Assembly: GCF_000020385.1 (NCBI RefSeq) | Contig: NC_010814.1 | Coordinates: 210,001-242,000 of the forward strand | Direction of reading: 5' to 3' | DNA: 32,000 nt | DNA from: Trichlorobacter lovleyi SZ | GTDB taxonomy: Bacteria; Desulfobacterota; Desulfuromonadia; Geobacterales; Pseudopelobacteraceae | Part shown: piece after piece, positions 8,761 through 17,289 of the stretch | Layout of the letters: each line of letters begins with the position of its first letter | Numbering within the stretch: the first letter of the stretch is position 1 | Made by a program: the position numbers and the translations under genes | The notes under the pieces: generated by a model | Told to the model about the DNA's origin: nothing | What the model saw: only the letters and a program-made list of their open reading frames with translations | The model's database searches: none

Positions 8761-8959
8761 CACTACCGAACCTACTTATGAGCAGAAAGTAGAAAAGCTG
8801 GACGAGATCCTGACCAAGCTTGACAATTCAGAGACCCCCATCGATAAACTTGCAGAAGATGTCAAGGAAGGAACCCGGTTAATCAGGGAACTGGACAAAA
8901 AGCTCAAGCAGGTCGAGACTGAAGTGCTTGATGCCTTTAAGGAACTGGAAAGCGACTGA
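8753..8959 (+). CDS. xseB: Exodeoxyribonuclease VII small subunit
   Basis: 68 aa. YEQKVEKLDEILTKLDNSETPIDKLAEDVKEGTRLIRELDKKLKQVE is a typical XseB helical hairpin. The gene overlaps xseA by 8 nt. Confidence 0.9.
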   Translation: MSDTTEPTYEQKVEKLDEILTKLDNSETPIDKLAEDVKEGTRLIRELDKKLKQVETEVLDAFKELESD

Positions 8960-8980
8960 TATTAATAGAGGACACGGCAA

Positions 8981-9256
8981 ATGACCAAAGCAGATATTGT
9001 TGAAAAAATCCATACCAACACAGGTATGACCCAGAAAGAGTCGGCTGAAATGGTGGAGGCAGTCTTTTCCATCATGAAATCGACCCTTGAAACCGGCGAG
9101 ACTTTGAAAATCTCTGGCTTCGGCAGTTTTGTGGTGAAACAGAAAAACGACCGGCGGGGCCGTAATCCTCAGACTGGCGAAGCGATCACCATTGAGGCGC
9201 GGCGTATATTAACCTTTAAGCCAAGCACTGTGCTACGCGATGCAATCAACAAGTAG
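8981..9256 (+). CDS. ihfA: Integration host factor alpha-like / HU family DNA-bending protein
   Basis: 91 aa. The core LKISGFGSFVVKQKNDRRGRNPQTGEAITIEARRILTFKPS is the IHF/HU beta-arm signature. Confidence 0.8.
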   Translation: MTKADIVEKIHTNTGMTQKESAEMVEAVFSIMKSTLETGETLKISGFGSFVVKQKNDRRGRNPQTGEAITIEARRILTFKPSTVLRDAINK

Positions 9257-9286
9257 AGATTGCAGTCTCAGCGAGGATGTGGACTC

Positions 9287-9526
9287 ATGAAGTTCGGAAT
9301 TCGTACACCTTCACTGACGAAACGGATTGCCGCACGGACATCGTTGAAGAGATACGTCCGGCAGTCTTTGGGTCTTAAAGCCCCAAGAGGATGGGGTTGG
9401 CTGACGAATCCCAAGAAGGCTGCCTATAACAAAGTCTACAATCGGACGTCTGTAGGTTGCTTGATTCCGTTGACAGTAATTTACATGATTATTTTCCTTG
9501 CGGTATTCGCTATGGCGAAGATTTGA
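9287..9526 (+). CDS. Small basic protein with C-terminal transmembrane anchor (hypothetical)
   Basis: MKFGIRTPSLTKRIAARTSLKRYVRQSLGLKAPRGWGWLTNPKKAAYNKVYNRT followed by a hydrophobic tail. By recollection the basic N-terminal motif recurs in many uncharacterised bacterial or phage small proteins. ATG 9287 is preferred over TTG 9260. Confidence 0.5.
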   Translation: MKFGIRTPSLTKRIAARTSLKRYVRQSLGLKAPRGWGWLTNPKKAAYNKVYNRTSVGCLIPLTVIYMIIFLAVFAMAKI

Positions 9527-9569
9527 TAAAAGAAGGATTACGTTGAAAAATACAGCCAAAGACATACCA

Positions 9570-10478
9570 ATGAATCCGATTGAAGCAGAGATTGCTGTAA
9601 CAGGCCTTCATGCGACTGGCGATTACATGGTGTTGCGCAGAATGAACCTGAGCCAGGACAGCCGTTTCGCCGGCAAGGTTATAGCCAACCCCAGGATCGG
9701 GCTCTGCCTCGACACGGAAACAACCGGGTTGAACCCTGCTTGCGACAAGATAATTGAGCTTGGGATCGTGGCCTTCCAGTATGACCCGCTGACATCTGGA
9801 ATAATAAAGATCATTGGCCGGTATGCGGGATTTGAAGACCCAGGAATTCCTCTTTCAGCTGAAACAACGGCGATTACCGGCATCACTGATGAGATGGTGT
9901 CTGGCCAGTCCTTCGATGACGCCCAAGTATGCCGACTCGCCGATCAAGCAAGCCTGGTAATTGCCCACAATGCCGCGTTTGACCGCAAGTTCGTCGAGGC
10001 TCGATTTCCGGTTTTCTCAAAAGTGCCCTGGGGCTGTTCCATGACTCAGGTCGACTGGCAGGCAGAAAGGATTTCCACCCGGGTACTGGAATACCTATTG
10101 TTCAAGTTCGGCTGGTTTATCAATGCCCATCGTGCCTTAGACGATGCTGAAGGACTGCTCGGTATTCTTCTGGAATCTCTTCCTGTCAGTGGCACCCCAA
10201 TATTCAAGGTGCTGTTGGAGAGATATGATGAGGTCTCCGCAAAAGTCTGCGCGGTAGGGGCCCCCTTTGAGAAGAAGGACGTACTGAAACAGAGAGGATA
10301 CCGCTGGAATGACGGGGCGCAAGGCGGCTGCAAGGCATGGTGGATAAGTGTTCCCGGGGATATGGAAAGAGAAGAACTTGCCTGGCTTGCCAACGAGGTT
10401 TATCCCCGTGGCATAACGGACAGCGTGGAGATAACGCGAGTCGACGCACTTGATCGCTTCTCAATTCGGGAGAGATAA
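9570..10478 (+). CDS. DEDDh 3-prime-to-5-prime exonuclease (DnaQ/epsilon-like) with a small C-terminal GYRW-type domain
   Basis: Exo I is CLDTETTGL, Exo II is IAHNAAFDRKF, Exo III is HRALDDAEGL. The C-terminus PFEKKDVLKQRGYRWNDGAQGGCKAWWISVP resembles the short domain seen on plasmid primases and topoisomerases (DUF5710-like, from memory). Start taken at ATG 9570. Confidence 0.8.
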   Translation: MNPIEAEIAVTGLHATGDYMVLRRMNLSQDSRFAGKVIANPRIGLCLDTETTGLNPACDKIIELGIVAFQYDPLTSGIIKIIGRYAGFEDPGIPLSAETTAITGITDEMVSGQSFDDAQVCRLADQASLVIAHNAAFDRKFVEARFPVFSKVPWGCSMTQVDWQAERISTRVLEYLLFKFGWFINAHRALDDAEGLLGILLESLPVSGTPIFKVLLERYDEVSAKVCAVGAPFEKKDVLKQRGYRWNDGAQGGCKAWWISVPGDMEREELAWLANEVYPRGITDSVEITRVDALDRFSIRER

Positions 10479-10498
10479 TATTTTATGTGGAATGTCTC

Positions 10499-11092
10499 AT
10501 GGCGATAACCGAGCAAATATTGACTGGTTCTGCCGTTGACGACTGTCTCAACGATATAGCATCACTTCGAATCGATATTTTTAGAGAATTCCCCTACCTG
10601 TACGATGGCCGCCGCAAGGACGAACTCCACTATCTGAAGCTTTACTCCGTAACCCCTGATTCATTCGTGATCATCGTCAAAGAGGGGGAAAAGGTAGCAG
10701 GTGCGGCCACCGGGATGCCGCTGCGACATGAGTCAACGGAACTGGTCGATCCGTTCAGCGGCACATCCTATCCTGTCGACGAGATCTTCTATGTGGGTGA
10801 ACTGCTCTTTTACCCCGAACATCGCAATCACGGTATGGGAATGCAGGTAGTGCGAATGGTAGAGGAGCAGGTTCGTTCCTACAGTACCTACCGGTACCTG
10901 ACCTGTGCCACTGTGGTTCGGCCTGACAATCACCCGCTGCGTCCGGCAGACTATATCCCCATTGACAGGTTTCTCGCACACACCGGTTTCAACCTCCTGA
11001 CCGGAATAACGACGAGCTTCACCTGGCTGGAAACGGATGGTGTCAGGCGCTCCCACCCCATGAAATTCTGGATCAAGGAGTTGCTGGTATGA
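10499..11092 (+). CDS. GNAT-family acetyltransferase-like protein
   Basis: Motif A-like segment LLFYPEHRNHGMGMQVVRMVEEQV (R-x-x-G-x-G). The size and predicted beta-alpha pattern fit GNAT. The stop overlaps the next ATG. Confidence 0.55.
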   Translation: MAITEQILTGSAVDDCLNDIASLRIDIFREFPYLYDGRRKDELHYLKLYSVTPDSFVIIVKEGEKVAGAATGMPLRHESTELVDPFSGTSYPVDEIFYVGELLFYPEHRNHGMGMQVVRMVEEQVRSYSTYRYLTCATVVRPDNHPLRPADYIPIDRFLAHTGFNLLTGITTSFTWLETDGVRRSHPMKFWIKELLV

Positions 11093-11259
11093 TCTGGCAA
11101 TTGTGGCGTCAGGACGACAACGGCGTCAGGTACCTGGTCGGGACATACAGCTCGAAGGAAGAGGCACAAGAGAAGATAACGGAACTGACCAAGTGTCACC
11201 ATAAGCAGACCTACTGGGTAAGTGAAGCAATAGACGCAATAACAGGTGCCGAATCATGA
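11089..11259 (+). CDS. Small conserved hypothetical protein (56 aa)
   Basis: Manually found; it falls below the ORF-track cutoff. Sequence: [60 protein letters not shown] overlaps occur at both ends (11089-11092 and 11256-11259). It resembles a widespread small-protein family of the WxxYRQDDNGNxF...GHKQxYW type (recollection). Confidence 0.5.
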   Translation: MIWQLWRQDDNGVRYLVGTYSSKEEAQEKITELTKCHHKQTYWVSEAIDAITGAES

Positions 11260-12023
11260 GTAAGCCGACGATAACCACAGAAAGCGGCAGGTACTTCCTG
11301 ACAGACCGGATCAGGGAAGAGGTTAATTTCTATTGCACCCCGCAGTCTGAAGGGGTCGATCCGCCTCCAGTTCAGAAACCTGCGCAACCGGGCAGCCGAA
11401 TCATCCCTCTACCGTCCCGGCATGAATGGTCGATTAAGGCGTATGACCTGCAGACAGCAATCGCCGATCGTGAGAGCCACCGCCGCTTTACGGGCGATCA
11501 CCTTTCCCTCGATGAATTGGCCTTTCTCCTCTGGTCAACCCAGGGTGTTCGTGCCGTGATCCACGAAGCTGCAGTTCTACGCACAGTCCCTTCCGCCGGT
11601 TGCCGTCACCCCTTTGAGACCTACCTTGGTGTGCTCAAGGTCGACGGTCTTGACCCGGGTCTCTATCGCTACCTCCCTCTTGATCACGCTCTGGTGCATG
11701 AACGGGATCTCCCGAACCTGCCAGCCTATCTCACCGCCGCCTGCCGCGGTCAGGCATTTGCCGGGCAAGCAGCCGTAACCTTCATCTGGACTGCGGTAAT
11801 GGCTCGCACCGAGTGGCGTTACGCCGAGGCATCCTACAAAGTCATCGCCCTCGATGCCGGCCATGTTTGCCAGAACCTGTACCTGGCCTGCGAAGCGATC
11901 GGTTGCGGCACCTGTGCCATCGCTGCCTATAATCAGGGTCTGGCGGATGAATTGGTTGCCGTAGACGGTTATGAGGAATTCACCGTCTATATCGCCCCGG
12001 CAGGCAAAGTGACCAGAAAATGA
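11256..12023 (+). CDS. SagB/ThcOx-type dehydrogenase (nitroreductase superfamily), stand-alone
   Basis: [29 protein letters not shown]...[39 protein letters not shown] is the SagB-type dehydrogenase signature. No YcaO or cyclodehydratase gene is present in the window. Confidence 0.8.
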   Translation: MSKPTITTESGRYFLTDRIREEVNFYCTPQSEGVDPPPVQKPAQPGSRIIPLPSRHEWSIKAYDLQTAIADRESHRRFTGDHLSLDELAFLLWSTQGVRAVIHEAAVLRTVPSAGCRHPFETYLGVLKVDGLDPGLYRYLPLDHALVHERDLPNLPAYLTAACRGQAFAGQAAVTFIWTAVMARTEWRYAEASYKVIALDAGHVCQNLYLACEAIGCGTCAIAAYNQGLADELVAVDGYEEFTVYIAPAGKVTRK

Positions 12024-14206
12024 ACGGGAAAGGCACCACTTCAGATGTCCCGGTCGAACGGATTTCCGGTTCCGTCGAGAGGGTAACCTTCCACAGCGAG
12101 GAATCAGGTTTCTGTGTGCTCCGGATCAAGGTAAAAGGTAAGCGCGAGTTGGTCACGGTCATCGGCAGTGCGGCAACGATAACCCCAGGTGAATTCGTCG
12201 AGTGTGTTGGTACCTGGCATAACGACAAGACCCACGGCCTGCAGTTCAAGACTACTCACCTGAAAACAGTCCCCCCGAGTACCCTGGAAGGCATCGAAAA
12301 GTACCTTGGCTCCGGCATGGTCAAAGGGATCGGCCCCCATTTCGCCAAAGTACTGGTGAAGGCATTCGGCGTCGACGTCTTCACCGTTATCGAGGAAACC
12401 CCGGAGAAAATGCTGTCACTCCCCGGCATTGGCAAGAAAAGGACGGATAAAGTTACCGCTGCCTGGGCAGAGCAGAAAGCGATCCGGGAGATCATGGTTT
12501 TCCTCCAGTCCCATGGTGTCGGGACCGGTCGGGCGGTCAGGATCTACAAAACTTATGGCGATGAGGCCATCATCAAGGTGTCTGAGAACCCCTACCGCTT
12601 GGCTCTCGACATTCACGGAATCGGTTTCAAGACCGCTGACGTCATTGCCGACAGGCTGGGTATTGCCCCGGACTCACTGATCCGGGCTCAGGCCGGCGTG
12701 CGCCATGTATTGCAGGAGTTGTCCGGCGACGGCCATTGTGCCGCCACCCACGACACCCTCATCAAGGAGTCGGTAAAGCTTCTGGAGATTGACGAGGCAA
12801 TCCTGGAAGAAGCGATCCGGGAGGAAGTCACCCAGGAAAACCTGGTGCCGGAAGAAATCGACGACGTTCCCTGTCTGTTTCTGTCCGCGCTTCACCGGGC
12901 TGAACTGGGAGTGGCGAACAGCGTCAGGAGAATACTGAGTGGAGAGCCGCCATGGGGCAAAATCGATATGGAAAAGGCGCTCCCCTGGGTGGAAGAGAAG
13001 ACGGGCCTTTCACTCTCCCAGTCGCAGCAGGACGCTGTATGCCTTGCTTTAACCAGCAAAGCACTCGTCATCACCGGCGGCCCGGGCACCGGCAAGACGA
13101 CCCTGGTCAATAGCATCCTGAAGATCCTCGCAGCCAAACAGCTCGAAATCCTGTTGGCCGCCCCGACCGGACGCGCGGCCAAGCGGATGACCGAGACTAC
13201 AGGACGGGAGGCCAAGACCATTCATCGCCTCCTGGAGTTTGATCCCCAGAGTTTCGGTTTCAAACGCGGGCGAGACAACCCTCTCGAAGCAGACCTCATA
13301 GTCATTGACGAATCATCTATGGTGGATGTGGTGCTGATGAACAAGCTCCTCGCGGCAGTCCCCGAAAGCACCGCTCTGATGATTGTTGGCGATGTAAATC
13401 AGCTGCCTTCAGTCGGTCCCGGTGCGGTGCTGGCCGACATCATCACATCCGGTTCTGTCCCGACCGTCAGGCTGACCGAGATTTTCCGCCAGGCAGCCAC
13501 CTCAAAGATCATCGTCAATGCCCACCGGATCAACAAGGGAGAGTTGCCGCTGAGAAATGAAACGGAAGAGCTATCCGACTTCTACTTCATACCGGCAGAA
13601 ACTCCGGAAGAAATTCACGCCAAGCTACTGCAGGTGGTTACCGAACGCATTCCGAAGCGCTTCGGCCTGCATCCGGTCAAGGATGTCCAGGTTCTCACCC
13701 CGATGAACCGGGGAGGACTGGGCGCTCACGCCTTGAACGCGGAACTCCAGAAAGTGCTCAATGGGAACAGCGAGCCCAAAATAACCCGCTTTGGAACGAC
13801 GTACTCGCCGGGTGACAAGATCATCCAGACGGTGAATAACTACGACAAGGAAGTCTTCAACGGGGATATTGGCCAGATTCTTGAAATCGATACCGAGGAA
13901 AGCTCCCTCAAAGCTGATTACGACGGTAGAATAGTCGAGTATGAATTTGGTGAACTGGACGAGGTGTCGCTGGCCTATGCCACCAGCATCCATAAGAGCC
14001 AGGGTTCAGAGTACCCAGCTGTCGTGATTCCACTGGCAATGCAGCATTACATGCTGCTGGAGAGGAATCTGATCTATACGGCCGTCACGCGGGGGAAAAA
14101 ACTGGTGACGATCATCGGCCAGCCCAAGGCATTGGGTATGGCGGTGAAGAATAAAAATGCCACAAAGCGTTTGACGAATTTGACAGCGAGGCTGCGTTCC
14201 GCATGA
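12020..14206 (+). CDS. recD2: RecD2-type SF1B ATP-dependent DNA helicase (RecD/TraA family)
   Basis: 728 aa. The N-terminal OB-like region reads [22 protein letters not shown]. HhH repeats are present. Walker A is GGPGTGKTT and Walker B is LIVIDESSM. Motif V/VI region: [17 protein letters not shown]...YTAVTRGKK. Confidence 0.9.
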   Translation: MNGKGTTSDVPVERISGSVERVTFHSEESGFCVLRIKVKGKRELVTVIGSAATITPGEFVECVGTWHNDKTHGLQFKTTHLKTVPPSTLEGIEKYLGSGMVKGIGPHFAKVLVKAFGVDVFTVIEETPEKMLSLPGIGKKRTDKVTAAWAEQKAIREIMVFLQSHGVGTGRAVRIYKTYGDEAIIKVSENPYRLALDIHGIGFKTADVIADRLGIAPDSLIRAQAGVRHVLQELSGDGHCAATHDTLIKESVKLLEIDEAILEEAIREEVTQENLVPEEIDDVPCLFLSALHRAELGVANSVRRILSGEPPWGKIDMEKALPWVEEKTGLSLSQSQQDAVCLALTSKALVITGGPGTGKTTLVNSILKILAAKQLEILLAAPTGRAAKRMTETTGREAKTIHRLLEFDPQSFGFKRGRDNPLEADLIVIDESSMVDVVLMNKLLAAVPESTALMIVGDVNQLPSVGPGAVLADIITSGSVPTVRLTEIFRQAATSKIIVNAHRINKGELPLRNETEELSDFYFIPAETPEEIHAKLLQVVTERIPKRFGLHPVKDVQVLTPMNRGGLGAHALNAELQKVLNGNSEPKITRFGTTYSPGDKIIQTVNNYDKEVFNGDIGQILEIDTEESSLKADYDGRIVEYEFGELDEVSLAYATSIHKSQGSEYPAVVIPLAMQHYMLLERNLIYTAVTRGKKLVTIIGQPKALGMAVKNKNATKRLTNLTARLRSA

Positions 14207-14463
14207 CCGACCTGATCCTTGATCATCCAACTCTCACGGCACGTTACTTCTACCCCTGGCCGAATCGGTTTGACGATCCTTTCTACGTGCAGGGGGATGG
14301 TTTCCGTCTGGGGTGTCACTATCGGCACATCTCAGATGACCTGCCGACGATTATCCATTTCCACGGAAACGGAGAGACCGTAGCAGACTACCTTGGCGAC
14401 TTCGAAGATCGGATTACTGGGGCCTGTCAACGAGATTGTGTAAATGACTTATCGGTTTTCTGA
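14203..14463 (+). pseudogene. 5-prime fragment of an alpha/beta hydrolase gene, truncated at about 14416-14420
   Basis: LPTIIHFHGNGETVADYLGDFEDRI is the usual N-terminal strand and oxyanion region of a BAAT or DLH-like hydrolase. After about aa 71 the sequence becomes unrelated (TGACQRDCVNDLSVF*). No nucleophile elbow GxSxG is present. Confidence 0.6.
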
Positions 14464-14560
14464 AGTTCAGTATTATTCCAACGCAAGTTGGACATTCTCT
14501 GTTCTCACGCTATATAATCGGTGTGGTTGGGCAGTCGCTATTTATATGCTTTTATGTCGT

Positions 14561-16081
14561 CTATGCAGTTTCCTTAATTGTTAAGAAATTCGCCACAGAT
14601 GGCTCTTGGGATTGTGTTATTAGCCATTCTAGACGCGTCAGCGCGTGCAAGAAACGCTGATCATGGCTGACTAGCAATAACGCACATGGACAATCGGCCA
14701 GCGCACTTTCCAGACATTCAACCGAAGGCAAATCTAAGTGATTTGTCGGCTCGTCCATGACAATGATGTGCGGCTGCCTCGTCATGCCAAGCGCAAGTAA
14801 TAGTTTCCGAATTTCACCGGGACTGGGTTCACGGCTATCCAGTAAACGATGCGGACGCGATCCTAACCGGCTGATAATAGTCATCACTTGCCCTAATTGC
14901 TCATGCGGCAAAGTTTGCACTTCCGCAAGAATGGCGCGCGATTGCGCCGCGTCAATTTCCTGCGGCAGATAGATCAATTGACCTGCGGGCACGTTGAGTT
15001 GCGGCAGCAGCCAGCGCAACATCGTGCTTTTCCCCGCGCCATTCTGCCCCGTCAGGGCGATGCGATCCGTCGGGCGGATACCTAATTGCGGAAAGGCTAA
15101 CAGTTTTTCAGTATTTAAGGGCAACGTGCCGGATACATGTTGGAACAGCACGTTCCGCTTCGACACCGACCCCGGAAGCCAGATACCGAGCGAATACTCT
15201 TTTTTGACTTTGATCCCCTCCAATTCCTTCTGTGCATGTTCAAACCGACCATCCAACTGTCTCAGAAGTTTCCCTCCGACAATGTCTTTGCCGGTCAAGC
15301 GGGCTGCATCAATTTTCTGCTTGGCATCATGATCGTGTTTTGCAATGCCTTTTTTCGAGCGTTTGTGTTCGTATTGATTGGCTAAATCCCGGCGAAGACC
15401 AGCTTCGCGGCGCAATTCTTTATAGGCCTGTTTCTTCTGGGTATATTCCTTTTTGATGGTCTGAGCATCTATGGCCGCGATTTGCGTGCCTTTTGAATAA
15501 TTGCCGGGCCGTGCTATTACTTCTGGCGGCTCAATAAACAAGCATTGCTGGCATAAGATATCCAGCAATTCACGATCATGGCTGACTAGCAAGCCTACGC
15601 CGGGAAACGACTGTAATGCGCGCAGCAGAATGTTGCGCGCCACAGCATCTACATGATTCGTGGGCTCATCAATTGCGAGCACTTCCGGTTCCAACCATAA
15701 TGCGACTGCGATTTGCGAGCGTTTGCGTTCACCGTGGGATAACGTTGGCCATCGTACCAGCCAATCTTCCTGGATGCCCAACCGACCGCGAATGACTGCC
15801 GCAGTTTTGGCTGTATCCTGTAACAGTTCGGCCAGTTGTGGTGGCGGATCATCGGTGCGTTGGTCACAATAAACTAACCGTGGCGGTGCATCCACATAGC
15901 CGTCATCAGGCAGCAGCAGGCCGGTTGCTAATTTCAGCAGCGTGGTTTTACCAGTACCGTTCGCACCGACAATGCCCGACCAACCCACCGCGAAATGCAG
16001 CGATACATCACGGAACAGCGGTTCATGAGCTGTTTCATAGGTATAACTGATGTGATGGAATTGTAGAAATGGTTGCGACAT
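14561..16081 (-). CDS. ABC-F family ATPase (two ABC domains joined by a charged linker; no TM domain)
   Basis: Start taken at ATG 16081 (GAAGGAAG Shine-Dalgarno upstream): MSQPFLQFHHISY... Domain 1 has GANGTGKTT, LSHGERKR and LAIDEPTNHVD. The linker reads KKEYTQKKQAYKELRREAGLRRDL...DAKQKIDAARLTGKD. Domain 2 has GQNGAGKST, PSPGEIRK and IVMDEPTNHLD. A/T-ending codons (CAA, TTG, AAT, TAT) are visibly more frequent than in neighbouring genes. Confidence 0.85.
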   Translation of the reverse strand: MSQPFLQFHHISYTYETAHEPLFRDVSLHFAVGWSGIVGANGTGKTTLLKLATGLLLPDDGYVDAPPRLVYCDQRTDDPPPQLAELLQDTAKTAAVIRGRLGIQEDWLVRWPTLSHGERKRSQIAVALWLEPEVLAIDEPTNHVDAVARNILLRALQSFPGVGLLVSHDRELLDILCQQCLFIEPPEVIARPGNYSKGTQIAAIDAQTIKKEYTQKKQAYKELRREAGLRRDLANQYEHKRSKKGIAKHDHDAKQKIDAARLTGKDIVGGKLLRQLDGRFEHAQKELEGIKVKKEYSLGIWLPGSVSKRNVLFQHVSGTLPLNTEKLLAFPQLGIRPTDRIALTGQNGAGKSTMLRWLLPQLNVPAGQLIYLPQEIDAAQSRAILAEVQTLPHEQLGQVMTIISRLGSRPHRLLDSREPSPGEIRKLLLALGMTRQPHIIVMDEPTNHLDLPSVECLESALADCPCALLLVSHDQRFLHALTRLEWLITQSQEPSVANFLTIKETA

Positions 16082-16477
16082 GCTTCCTTCTTCAGTCCCG
16101 TTACTCCTTAGTCCCAGGGTGGGTTCAGCTTGCCGCCTCAGCGGCAATAGCTTTTCGCCTTTTCTGAATTTAAGGTTTTATGGGGAAAGTCTGTAACACC
16201 ATGTGATTCCTGACTTCGCAGATTTTTCTGATAATTCTGCTTTTACACTCGTATTTGCCCAACCAGCTTACTTCTCCTGCACAAACCCGGCACAGCAGAT
16301 TCGATTCTCATTCCTCCGCTTGCACCGCCAGCGACCTTCAACTTCAGCGACTCCACTTGCTCCTCCGCGATGCTCCTCGGTTTTCTGTCTTTTCTGTTTT
16401 TCTTCTGTTCAACGGCGAGGGAGATCACCGGTCGGCATTTGGCCCGGTGCATCTATCCTGGTTAGGCCTTTCTTGAA

Positions 16478-17179
16478 CTATCTTCGAGCTTTACCGCTAA
16501 TCCGGGCGATTTCGATTTTGAAGACCTTGGTAATCTTGTCTTTTTGCTCAATGTAGCGTTTGCCCTCTTCGATAAAGTCTGAACAGTATTTCTCCAACAG
16601 CCACAACAAAGCGTGATGTCTCTCGGCGCCATTCACTTCTGAAACTCGGCCAAAGACCACGGCACTTTCGTATTCGGTGCCAAACTTGTCTGGCAGAACC
16701 TTGGTCTTGCCAACCACGCAAAAAGAAACCTTTGCGTTGTGCTCGATATTTTCGAGTTTATGGCCGCTGATGGCACAGTGGAAATAGATTGATCCCTTGT
16801 GAACGTAACTCAACGGCACGCCATAGGGTTGCCCGTCGTTGCCTACCGTCGATAAAATCCCATATTCTGCGGTGTCGAGGATGTCAATTGATTCTTGTGG
16901 GGTTATCTCTCGGTCACTTCTCCGAACTTCCATCATTTGTTCTTCCTTTAGGGGAATAGACTGTCCTCCGTGTGAAGTAAGTACTATCCCGCGGGATGCC
17001 CCTGTTTTCTTGAGCCATCCTTTTTTTTCGAGAGCTTCGAGATGTCGATTCACCCCGGAAGGACTGCTGACACCAAGGTGAGCCGCGATGTCACGCACTG
17101 TCGGTGAGTATCCATGCGTCTGCGTAAAACGGGTAATGAAGTCCAAAACCATTTGTTGCCGTTCAGTAATGGCGATCAC
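16478..17179 (-). CDS. Fusion regulator: LexA-type winged-helix DNA-binding domain + pyridoxamine-5-phosphate-oxidase-like (Nim/Pyridox_ox_2-type) flavin-binding domain
   Basis: The N-terminus (V)[64 protein letters not shown] parallels the E. coli LexA DBD ([54 protein letters not shown]). The C-terminus [75 protein letters not shown] is a typical stand-alone PNPOx-family protein. No S24 peptidase domain or Ala-Gly cleavage site is present. GTG 17179 with GAGGAG 6 nt upstream is preferred. The track start TTG 17242 lies inside the -35 box. Confidence 0.7.
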   Translation of the reverse strand: MIAITERQQMVLDFITRFTQTHGYSPTVRDIAAHLGVSSPSGVNRHLEALEKKGWLKKTGASRGIVLTSHGGQSIPLKEEQMMEVRRSDREITPQESIDILDTAEYGILSTVGNDGQPYGVPLSYVHKGSIYFHCAISGHKLENIEHNAKVSFCVVGKTKVLPDKFGTEYESAVVFGRVSEVNGAERHHALLWLLEKYCSDFIEEGKRYIEQKDKITKVFKIEIARISGKARR

Positions 17180-17192
17180 TGTGTTCTCCTCG

Positions 17193-17216
17193 TATAGTGT
17201 ACACCTGTTCACTATA
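17193..17216. promoter_or_regulatory. Candidate operator (inverted repeat) in the divergent regulator / transfer-operon spacer
   Basis: TATAGTG-N10-CACTATA spans 17193-17216. It contains the perfect palindrome GTGTACAC (17197-17204). It also contains GTAC-N4-GTTC (17199-17210), one mismatch from the GAAC-N4-GTTC Cheo-type LexA box. The repeat overlaps the -10 box and the predicted transcription start. Confidence 0.4.
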
Positions 17217-17242
17217 TACTCTCGTTCATATCTTCTTGTCAA
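17213..17242 (-). promoter_or_regulatory. Candidate sigma70 promoter of the LexA-DBD fusion gene
   Basis: The minus strand reads TTGACA (17242-17237), an 18-nt spacer, then TATATA (17218-13), followed by the operator-like palindrome and GAGGAG-N6-GTG. Confidence 0.45.
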
Positions 17243-17289
17243 GACGGTGCCACCTTCCCCCCTACAAGATTATCAGTCAGGAGGAACGA

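Noticed and set aside
14419-14456. GGGGCCTGTCAACGAGATTGTGTAAATGACTTATCGG at the hydrolase breakpoint, considered as a Tn3-family terminal inverted repeat.
   Set aside because: It starts with GGGG, but no inverted copy exists anywhere in the window, no transposase or resolvase is adjacent, and it lacks the usual TAAG end.
16285-16340. tRNA-like T-loop word ATTCGATTC followed by ...GCACCGCCA, considered as a tRNA 3-prime fragment or att site.
   Set aside because: The flanking bases cannot form a 5-bp T-stem or an acceptor stem, and no cloverleaf can be drawn.
16148-16477. ORFs 16203-16556, 16243-16452 and 16255-16476 in the spacer between the ABC-F gene and the regulator.
   Set aside because: They overlap each other in different frames, have biased Ser/Pro/Arg or Phe/Leu composition, and show no Shine-Dalgarno. 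The region is treated as non-coding.
17180-17242. ORF-track start TTG 17242 for the LexA-DBD fusion gene.
   Set aside because: That TTG is part of a TTGACA -35 hexamer. GTG 17179 has a GAGGAG Shine-Dalgarno 6 nt upstream and gives an N-terminus collinear with LexA.
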